DNA of 64,000 nucleotides from Bacilli bacterium (GTDB lineage Bacteria; Bacillota_I; Bacilli_A; RFN20; CAG-826): NCBI GenBank assembly GCA_017454295.1, contig JAFTDF010000016.1, positions 8,928 to 72,927 of the forward strand, read 5' to 3'. Shown piece by piece: positions 56,688 to 64,000 of this stretch (position 1 is its first letter; each line of letters starts with the position of its first letter). The notes under the pieces were generated by a model. It saw only the letters and a program-made list of their open reading frames with translations, ran no database searches and was not told where the DNA came from. The position numbers and the translations under genes were made by a program.

Positions 56688-58151
56688 TCAATCGTCCTGA
56701 TCGAAGGCGGCTAAGCCTTTTTTCGTGCCAAGACGGCCGACTTTGACGTTCTTAAGAAGCAAGGCGACGACTAAGGAGATCCCCACGCAGACGAGGGCGT
56801 AAACGGGGAGGAACTGCCAACCGAAGGAAGGAAGCAGCATCAACGAGCCAAGGGCGATCGGGGTGATGGTTTGGGCAGCCATCGAAGCGGCATAGTAGTA
56901 GCCGGTGAAGGCCCCGATTTTGGAGTTGGGGCAAAGTTCGACGACCATGGGGAAGGAGTTGACGTGGACAAGCGACATCCCAAAGCCTTTGACGAACCAG
57001 ATGATGTAAATCCAGAAGGGGAAGGCACCACTGCCTGCGATGGAGGTGGAGAAAGTTAATACCGCCCACAAGACATAAGAGACGAGGGTTAAGACCAAGC
57101 CGGAGACGACGGTCCATTTACGGCCGATCTTCGAGGCGATGATGCCGCCGACGGCAAAGCCGATGACCGAGCCGACCCCACCGACGATGGTGTTGATCAT
57201 CGAGGAGGCGGAGGAGGTCTTCAAATAATAGATGGCATAGTTGGTCATGAAGGTGGCGATGCCATTATCCGCCATGAACCAGAAAAATTCGGCGATGAGG
57301 ATGAACCAAAGCATGCGAAGGTTGCCTTTGGACATCGGGCCTTCTTCTTTGACTTCTTCGGCGGTTTCGGCTTCTTTTTCGCCCCGCTTCATATCTTCGG
57401 CGACTTCTTCGGCGACTTTGTTTTCCTTGATCTTGATGAAGAGGAAGATCGCGGAAATCACCATGAGGACGCTGCCGACGAGGAAGGGGATTTCGATGGT
57501 CCAGATGTTGTTGAACCAAACCGGATCATGGATGGGGTTGCCTTGGGCATCGACGGCCGAGCCCAAGTATTTGGAAAGGGCAAAGGGGATGCCGACGACG
57601 GTCGCCGCGGCGCCACCGAGGTAGCCCATGATGTTGATGATACCGTTGGCTTTGCTGCGCAAGGGCTTCGGCGTAACATCCGGCATCAAAGCGACGGCGG
57701 GGTTACGATACATCATCGCGAAGATGACGACGATGGCCATCAAGGCGATGGTGCCGGCCAAATTCCCAAAGTGGAATAAAACGGGGATAAAGGGGAAGGC
57801 GACGGCGCAGACGAACGTGCCAACTAAGATATACGGCATGCGCTTGCCCATTTTGGTGTGGGTTTTGTCGGAGAGCTTCCCGAAAATCGGCAGTAAGATC
57901 AACGCGGCGAGGTTATCTAACGCCATCATGATACCGACCAAATATTGAACGTGGCGGGTCGCTCCGTCTTGGGCAGTGGGGGCCATGGACGCATAGTCGG
58001 GATAGAAGGCGCCGCGGAAGAGTTCCGTAAGGAAGGTTGGGCACCAAGAGTCGTAAACTTGCCAAAGAAGCAAAATGCCAAAAAAAGCGAAACCAATGAC
58101 CATGGTCCGTTTGACATTCAGCTTCAAGGGCTGAGAAGCTTGTTCGTTCAT
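56688..58151 (-). CDS. MFS sugar transporter (maltose/SLC45-like)
   Basis: GKLSDKTHTKMGKRMPY and ALMPDVTP..RSKANG motifs; about 12 TMs. Confidence 0.85.
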   Translation of the reverse strand: MNEQASQPLKLNVKRTMVIGFAFFGILLLWQVYDSWCPTFLTELFRGAFYPDYASMAPTAQDGATRHVQYLVGIMMALDNLAALILLPIFGKLSDKTHTKMGKRMPYILVGTFVCAVAFPFIPVLFHFGNLAGTIALMAIVVIFAMMYRNPAVALMPDVTPKPLRSKANGIINIMGYLGGAAATVVGIPFALSKYLGSAVDAQGNPIHDPVWFNNIWTIEIPFLVGSVLMVISAIFLFIKIKENKVAEEVAEDMKRGEKEAETAEEVKEEGPMSKGNLRMLWFILIAEFFWFMADNGIATFMTNYAIYYLKTSSASSMINTIVGGVGSVIGFAVGGIIASKIGRKWTVVSGLVLTLVSYVLWAVLTFSTSIAGSGAFPFWIYIIWFVKGFGMSLVHVNSFPMVVELCPNSKIGAFTGYYYAASMAAQTITPIALGSLMLLPSFGWQFLPVYALVCVGISLVVALLLKNVKVGRLGTKKGLAAFDQDD

Positions 58152-58305
58152 ATGTTCACCTCTGAAACTAATAACTAGTTTACGCGCTTAAAAGTGCGGA
58201 AGAAAGCCCAAAATGAAAGCCCTTTCAAAAAGCACGAAAAATACCCCTCCTCCTGGTTGTCCAGGATTTGGGGTACCGTTCGGAATAGGGGCTCTTTGAA
58301 TCGAC

Positions 58306-60162
58306 CTAGTTTTTGGCGACGGAGGACAAGCTGCCGAGGGCGGAATAGGCATAGGTGGTTCCGGAGTGGCTATATTTCATCGTTCCGGTCGTCACGGTTC
58401 CGTTAGAGAAGGTGAGCTTATAGGCACTGCCTGCGCTATAGGAAGCGGAGAGACGGGAGGCGGTCACGCCCGAGGTACTCGGCGCGGATTCGTAGGCGCC
58501 GATGAGGATGAGCGATCCCCCGGTCACCGAGGCCCGACCTTCATAATCGAGGGCCGCCGCCATCTGGGAATTGGGGCCGCAGGCGATCATGGTGCCGCCT
58601 TTGATATAGATGTTGCCATTGCTATCGAGGCCATCGGTATCGCCATTGCTGCTGACTTCGGTGAAGAGATACCCGCCGCTGATCTCGAACTTGGTTTCCG
58701 AGAGGCTTCCCGAGGTGGCATTGATGCCATCGTCGGTCCCATAGACATAGGAGGTTCCACCGCTGACAACGATTTGGTTGCCTTCTAAGCCTTCGTAAGC
58801 GCTGATGTTGAGATTCCCGTCGCTGATTTTGAGGCTGCGATCGGCATGAATCCCATCATCGGTCGCCGTGATGGCCAAGGTGCCACCCTGGATGAGGATA
58901 TCGCCCACGCCGGTGCCACCGCTTTCCAGCGTATTCCCGTAATCGGCATGGAGGCCATCGTCATAGGAAGCGATACTGAGACTCCCCGCGGAAATTTGGA
59001 TTTGGTTGCCGGCTTTGATGCCTTTGGCGGAATCGGCAGCTTTGTTGGAATTGGTGGATCCGCCGATGGTGGTCCCACCCCAAGGTCCACCACCGCCATT
59101 ACCGCCGGTACCCGGAGCCGTTCCGCCCCGTCCGATATAGGAAATGGTTTCGGTCGCGGTAACGGTTTCGCTTAAGGAGAAGACCGCCCCGCTATAGTCG
59201 TCCCACATCTTATTGGTATAGATATTGACCGTCGGGCTGGTTTCGGCCCCATTGCTATCGGTGCCCTTGGCGATGATTGCATCATAGGCGGCATCGATGC
59301 CATCTCCCGCGGAATAGAGGTTGACCGTCCCGCCGGTGATGGTAATGGAACCTTGCTGCTTGTTCTTGCTGGTCAAACCGGTGTTCTCGGTATGGAGTCC
59401 ATCCCCGCCTTGGCCGTAGAAATAGAAGGTACCGCCTTCTTCGATGGTGATGGAGTCGTTTCCCCGCACCGCATGGTTGGGCGCAGACACCGTCAAGGTC
59501 TGGTTTTTGATCTCCACATCGTCCTTTCCGTGGATCCCATTGTTATAGGAGCCAAGGACCACCAAGGAGCCGGTCCCGGTGAGCTTCAAATCGCAGACCG
59601 AATAGATGGCGCCTTCCCCTTGTGAGGCCGCTTCGGTGGTTTTGACGGACCTTTGGTCCGAAATATAGTTTTCCGTGTTTTTGACGGCTTTGATTTTGAC
59701 TTCGGAAGCGTTATTGATGAAGATGGGCGAGTTATTGGCATTTACAACTGTAAGGCCCGATAATTCCAGCGTCACTTCGTCCTCATCGCCGGCATCGACG
59801 TAAATCATGCCGTTGAGTTCGCCCGATAAGGTATAGGTTCCGGCGCTGGAGATGGTCACCGTCGATCCGGAAATGGCGTAATCCCCATCTTCGGTGACGA
59901 TGCTGAGGCCATCCGCATTCCCGGTATCCTCCACGGAGATGGTAGGCACGGAAATCGAGGTCTGAGTGGCCGAGGAAACGGTCGTATTGGAAGCGCTGGT
60001 GGTCACGTTCGTGGAAGTCGAGACGCCATTGCTTGTGGTTACGGTATCGGCTTGGCTAGCAGCCCCACTGCTCGCGCTACTGGATGAGTTGTTAGCAAAA
60101 GCGCAAGAGGCGAGTAAAGCGGTCGCCGAGAGTAGTAAGAGAGAAGCTAAGGTTTTCTTCAT
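58306..60162 (-). CDS. Carbohydrate-binding beta-helix lipoprotein (DUF4353/Cthe_2159-like)
   Basis: LASC lipobox, Ser/Thr linker, repeated DDGIHA/DGIDA/DGLDSNG. Confidence 0.88.
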   Translation of the reverse strand: MKKTLASLLLLSATALLASCAFANNSSSSASSGAASQADTVTTSNGVSTSTNVTTSASNTTVSSATQTSISVPTISVEDTGNADGLSIVTEDGDYAISGSTVTISSAGTYTLSGELNGMIYVDAGDEDEVTLELSGLTVVNANNSPIFINNASEVKIKAVKNTENYISDQRSVKTTEAASQGEGAIYSVCDLKLTGTGSLVVLGSYNNGIHGKDDVEIKNQTLTVSAPNHAVRGNDSITIEEGGTFYFYGQGGDGLHTENTGLTSKNKQQGSITITGGTVNLYSAGDGIDAAYDAIIAKGTDSNGAETSPTVNIYTNKMWDDYSGAVFSLSETVTATETISYIGRGGTAPGTGGNGGGGPWGGTTIGGSTNSNKAADSAKGIKAGNQIQISAGSLSIASYDDGLHADYGNTLESGGTGVGDILIQGGTLAITATDDGIHADRSLKISDGNLNISAYEGLEGNQIVVSGGTSYVYGTDDGINATSGSLSETKFEISGGYLFTEVSSNGDTDGLDSNGNIYIKGGTMIACGPNSQMAAALDYEGRASVTGGSLILIGAYESAPSTSGVTASRLSASYSAGSAYKLTFSNGTVTTGTMKYSHSGTTYAYSALGSLSSVAKN

Positions 60163-60194
60163 GGTTGGATTCCTCCTGCCACTACTATCCGATG

Positions 60195-60216
60195 CGAAGT
60201 TAAAACGAACTTAAAA
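60195..60216 (-). promoter_or_regulatory. 11-bp direct repeat, candidate OmpR-family binding site
   Basis: TTTTAAGTTCG-TTTTAACTTCG just upstream of a weak -10. Confidence 0.5.
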
Positions 60217-60224
60217 GGCAAACG

Positions 60225-60250
60225 AAAACCCCGTTTGGAGGGAAACGGGG
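60225..60250 (-). terminator. Terminator after the EF-G paralog
   Basis: CCCCGTTT...AAACGGGG followed by TTTT. Confidence 0.8.
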
Positions 60251-60265
60251 CAATTCGTAATAGGT

Positions 60266-62314
60266 TTATTCGACCGCGTTGTCGCGAATGACGCGTTCTT
60301 TGAGATATTCGGGCACTTCTTCGTATTTGTAGAATTCGCGGTTGAAGAAGCCGGAAGATTGGGTGATAGATTTGAGCTGGGTCGTATAGTCGATGACTTC
60401 GGCTTCGGGGATGAGGACTTCGATTTCTTGGTTCCCGAAGTCTTTTTCCTCGATGTTTTGGATCCGTGCCCGACGGGTATTCAAATCGGAGAGGACGGAA
60501 CCGGTATATTTGGATTCGACGTTGACCTTTAATCGAAGGATCGGCTCAAGGATGATCGGCTTGCACTTGGGATAGGCATCCTTAAAGGCAAGGATTGCGG
60601 CCATCTTGAAAGCGAGTTCGTTGGAGTCGACGGGGTGATACTTCCCATCGGTGAGGACGCCTTTGACGCCGATGACCGGGAAGCCGGCCAATAAGCCTTT
60701 TTCCAGCGCTTCATAGAAGCCTTTTTCGACGGCGGGGAAGTAATTCTTCGGGACGGCGCCGCCAAAGACATCGGTTTCGAAGGTATTTTCTTCGGCCGGC
60801 TCGAAGCGCATCTTGACCACGCCATAGAACCCGGAACCGCCGGATTGCTTCTTATAGGAACCATCGCCTTCCGCGGTGCCTTTGATGGATTCGCGGTAAA
60901 CGATCTTCATCCGTTCGGTGAAGACTTCGATTTTGTAGATGCTGCGGATCTTATCCAAGACGAAGTCCAAATGGGATTCGGAGACGCCACCGAGCAGCAA
61001 TTGCTTGGTTTCGTTGTTGCGTTGGACTTGGACGCAGGGGTCTTCCATCTGGATTTTGGCAAGGGCCTGCACCAATTTCCCTTCGGAATTCTTATCGGTG
61101 ATCAACGCTTTGAAGATGACCGCGGTCGGATATTTCACGGGTTTGAAGATTGCGGGGTTCTTCGGGGCGGAGAGGGTATCGCCGCAGCGGACATCATCAA
61201 GCTTGGTGAAGGCGCAGATATCGCCAGCCCGGACTTCGTCGATGGGATCGAGCTTTTTGCCCGTCATGACGAACATCGAAGAGACGCGCTGCGTATTGCC
61301 ACGGACATAAACGTCGTCGCCAGGGTGGAGGATACCAGAGCAAACCTTGGCGATATGGATGGTCCCGGCATAGGGATCGACCAAGGTTTTAAAGACATAG
61401 GCGGAGAAGGGCTCTTCGTCGCTGGTTTTGCGGATGATCTCTTTCCCGTTTTCGTCAGTGGCTTCTAAAGGCTTTAAGTCGGCGGGGTTGGGCAAATAGT
61501 CGATCATCATCTGCAATAAGGTTTGCACACCGATGTTCTTTTCGGCCGAGCCAACGATGACCGGGGTTAGTTCGCCCGAGATGACGCTGCGCTTCAAGGA
61601 GGAGCGGATCTCTTCCTGAGTGAATTCCTCGCCGGCGAAGAACTTCTCAAGAAGCTCGTCATCGACTTTGGCCACCTCTTCGACGATGGTGTTATGGAGT
61701 TCGAGGACACGGGCCCGTTTGTCGGGATAGATTTCGGCCTCAACGCATTCTTTGCCGTTATAGACGTGGGCTTTTAAGTCGACCGCGTTGGCAAAGCCAT
61801 CGAAGGAATCCTCATGCCCCAAGGGATAGCAGAAGGAGATGACGTTGGTGCCGAAGCGTTCGCGGATATCGTCCATGAGGGCATCGAAATCGACGCCTTC
61901 CTTATCCATCTTATTGACGAAGATAAAGGTAGGGACACCTTTGCGGCGGAGCTGTTTCCAATGCTTCATGGTCACGACTTGGATACCGACGGAGGCATCG
62001 ATGACCAAGATGGCGCCTTTGATGACCCCGGTGATGCCGAGGACTTCGGAAATGAAGTCGTCATTCCCCGGGAGGTCGATGACGTTGATCTTGTGACCGT
62101 CTTTATAAACGGGGACGACCGCTGCTTGGACCGAGCCGCCCCGCTTTTGTTCGGAGAGGGTGTAGTCGGAGAGGGTGTTCTTCTTATCGACGGATCCTTT
62201 TTCGGGGATGAGTTTGCTGACAAAGGCCATCGATTCGACCAAAGTGGTCTTCCCTGAGCCCTGGTGGCCTAGAATCGCCACATTGCGGATGTGGCTTGCA
62301 TCATAATGTTCCAT
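60266..62314 (-). CDS. Elongation factor G paralog (EF-G2-like)
   Basis: GHQGSGKT, DLPGN, NKMD, KKQSGG.G and YHPVDSNE; lacks canonical RGITI and DTPGH. Confidence 0.92.
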   Translation of the reverse strand: MEHYDASHIRNVAILGHQGSGKTTLVESMAFVSKLIPEKGSVDKKNTLSDYTLSEQKRGGSVQAAVVPVYKDGHKINVIDLPGNDDFISEVLGITGVIKGAILVIDASVGIQVVTMKHWKQLRRKGVPTFIFVNKMDKEGVDFDALMDDIRERFGTNVISFCYPLGHEDSFDGFANAVDLKAHVYNGKECVEAEIYPDKRARVLELHNTIVEEVAKVDDELLEKFFAGEEFTQEEIRSSLKRSVISGELTPVIVGSAEKNIGVQTLLQMMIDYLPNPADLKPLEATDENGKEIIRKTSDEEPFSAYVFKTLVDPYAGTIHIAKVCSGILHPGDDVYVRGNTQRVSSMFVMTGKKLDPIDEVRAGDICAFTKLDDVRCGDTLSAPKNPAIFKPVKYPTAVIFKALITDKNSEGKLVQALAKIQMEDPCVQVQRNNETKQLLLGGVSESHLDFVLDKIRSIYKIEVFTERMKIVYRESIKGTAEGDGSYKKQSGGSGFYGVVKMRFEPAEENTFETDVFGGAVPKNYFPAVEKGFYEALEKGLLAGFPVIGVKGVLTDGKYHPVDSNELAFKMAAILAFKDAYPKCKPIILEPILRLKVNVESKYTGSVLSDLNTRRARIQNIEEKDFGNQEIEVLIPEAEVIDYTTQLKSITQSSGFFNREFYKYEEVPEYLKERVIRDNAVE

Positions 62315-62329
62315 GTTCGCTTACCTCAC

Positions 62330-63367
62330 TTAGACGCGGAAATATTTGCTGTAACGCCCTTTGGTGATGATTTGGATCCGCCCTTCGCGGAGCAATTTGG
62401 CAAGGGCCTTCTCAATGGTGGATTTGCTAATCGCATAGAGAATGCGGAGGACCATCGTCTTGCCGATGGGGGTCGCCGAATCGTTGATGACGCGGAGGAC
62501 TTTCTCTTCGCAGCTATCCTCAAGCGCGTTGATTTCGAGGATATAGTCGAGTTTGCGGTAGGCTTCGAGGATCCGTTTCAAGACGAAGGAGACGAAGGCC
62601 TCGTAGTTGTTCTCGGATTCATTCCAGCCGTCGCTTGAAGCTTCGAAGGCGTCGATATATTCGCCAAGATGCTGCTTCATCAAATAAGGAATGGCAAAAT
62701 AATCGTCCACGTCATAGCCAAACTTCTTCAGCAAGAAATGCAGCAACAAACGGGAGACGCGGCCATTGCCGTGGTTATAAGGATGGATGCACATGAAGTC
62801 GAGCATCGTCGCGGCGATGAGGACGAGTTTATTGCATTCCTCGTCTTTGGCGCATTCGTTGAATTGATATAAAAGGTTATCCAATAAGGGGACGACTTCT
62901 TCCGGGGGTGCGGAAACGAAGATCGTGCGGAAGCTGCCATCGGGCATGGCTTCCTGGATGTAGTTCTGACTATCCTTGAACTTCCCGCCGAATTCGGGGT
63001 TATAGTCCTTATAGATGTAATAATGGAGGGTGGTGATGAACGAACGATCGAGGGTTTGGAATTTGTAGACTTCGCCGATGAGGTCGAGGGCGTTGAGATA
63101 GCCTAAGACCATATGTTCCTGCAAGGTCTGGGGCGCGGAGGCGCGGCTAAGCAAGGCCTTTTCGCGTTCCTCTTGGATGTAGACATTGCCGATTTCATTG
63201 GAGGACATCACTTCGGAGAAGCGGGCGATTTCGGCGAGACGGTCCGCTTTTTTGGCTTTCGCCACACCGGCGGTTTTTCCCTTATAGAATTCAATCGAAT
63301 TCAAAAGAGAGACGATGTTGGGGGTATTCAAAGAAAGAAGCGCCCCTTTTAGGTCGAACATTTTCAT
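62330..63367 (-). CDS. Fic-family protein with a C-terminal HTH
   Basis: HPYNHGNGRVSR Fic motif; SD AGAGG before ATG 63367. Confidence 0.92.
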   Translation of the reverse strand: MKMFDLKGALLSLNTPNIVSLLNSIEFYKGKTAGVAKAKKADRLAEIARFSEVMSSNEIGNVYIQEEREKALLSRASAPQTLQEHMVLGYLNALDLIGEVYKFQTLDRSFITTLHYYIYKDYNPEFGGKFKDSQNYIQEAMPDGSFRTIFVSAPPEEVVPLLDNLLYQFNECAKDEECNKLVLIAATMLDFMCIHPYNHGNGRVSRLLLHFLLKKFGYDVDDYFAIPYLMKQHLGEYIDAFEASSDGWNESENNYEAFVSFVLKRILEAYRKLDYILEINALEDSCEEKVLRVINDSATPIGKTMVLRILYAISKSTIEKALAKLLREGRIQIITKGRYSKYFRV

Positions 63368-63529
63368 ATTTTTTACCTCTGGCCATAATGATAACCCTTT
63401 TCTGAAAAATGGGTAGAGGCAATTCCGCATAAAGTTTGGGTTTTTACCGAATTGATTTTTATCGTTGACGAAAAGATTCGGTCAATTCACCATAATCTTT
63501 CGAAAATGCAAATGAAGCCGTTGCGATGT

Positions 63530-63563
63530 TTTTAAGTATTTTTCAAGTTAGAAAGGTTACAAT
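63530..63563 (+). promoter_or_regulatory. Direct repeat plus -10 of the response regulator
   Basis: TTTTAAGTATT-TTTCAAGTTAG then TACAAT (63558-63563). Confidence 0.5.
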
Positions 63564-63572
63564 TGGACTACC

Positions 63573-64000
63573 ATGAAGATTCTCTTAGCCGAAGATAACC
63601 GCGAATTGGTCTCCGCCATCGTCTCGGTGCTGACCATCGCCAAATACGATTGCGTTCCCGCTTTCGACGGGGTGATGGCGTTGACGCGCCTCCAAGAAGA
63701 CGATTACGATCTTTTGATTTGCGACATTATGATGCCCCGCAAAGACGGTTTCCAGGTCGTCAAGGAATTACGGGCCTCCGGCAGCAATATCCCCATCCTC
63801 ATGCTCACCGCGCGGGCCGAAATCGACGATAAGGTCTTGGCTTTGGATACCGGAGCCGACGATTACCTCACCAAACCCTTTGAAGTCAAAGAGCTCCTCG
63901 CCCGCATCCGCGCCTTATTAAGAAGAAAAGAGAAAGTGGCCGACGCCTACCATTTCGCCAATCTCACCCTCGATCACGAAACCTTTGAACTAGTGGGCGA
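63573..64000 (+). CDS. OmpR/PhoB-family response regulator; runs off the right edge
   Basis: [18 protein letters not shown] and [10 protein letters not shown]; not in the ORF track. Confidence 0.93.
   Translation, partial: MKILLAEDNRELVSAIVSVLTIAKYDCVPAFDGVMALTRLQEDDYDLLICDIMMPRKDGFQVVKELRASGSNIPILMLTARAEIDDKVLALDTGADDYLTKPFEVKELLARIRALLRRKEKVADAYHFANLTLDHETFELVG

Noticed and set aside
1-64000. CRISPR arrays, IS elements, prophage, retron or DGR, rRNA
   Set aside because: No spaced repeats, transposase, reverse transcriptase, phage or rRNA signatures were seen

Overview
A gene-dense, ~55% GC bacterial chromosomal segment read with the standard code (TGA = stop; AGG and CGG sit at conserved Arg positions). 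Gene content suggests an uncultured gut-type Bacilli/Mollicutes-related lineage (inference). It is mostly housekeeping: comEC-comEA, greA, alaS, mnmA, dtd, pdp, rsmF, plsC, ftsK, RNase J, pnp, rpsO, typA, ribF, truB, the rimP-nusA-infB-rbfA operon, rimO and cls, plus maltodextrin, galactose and glycerol-phosphate genes and a tRNA-Thr(GGU). No CRISPR array, IS element, integrase or prophage was seen. The best leads, several missed by the ORF track: (1) a preQ1-I-like riboswitch upstream of a VUT/YhhQ transporter coupled to an amidase-signature enzyme, a possible new queuosine-salvage step; (2) a hidden type I toxin-antitoxin-like locus at 45.45-45.71 kb with a 23-aa hydrophobic peptide, an overlapping leader ORF, a long-range fold-back and a convergent antisense promoter; (3) a Fic enzyme with a natural E-to-G change in its auto-inhibitory motif, directly upstream of an EF-G paralog lacking the catalytic His; (4) a very compact alaS T-box; (5) many apparently leaderless genes; (6) a tRNA with U53-A61; (7) an HD-domain gene broken by a 4-bp duplication. 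All family assignments come from motif recognition by eye; no database search was run.
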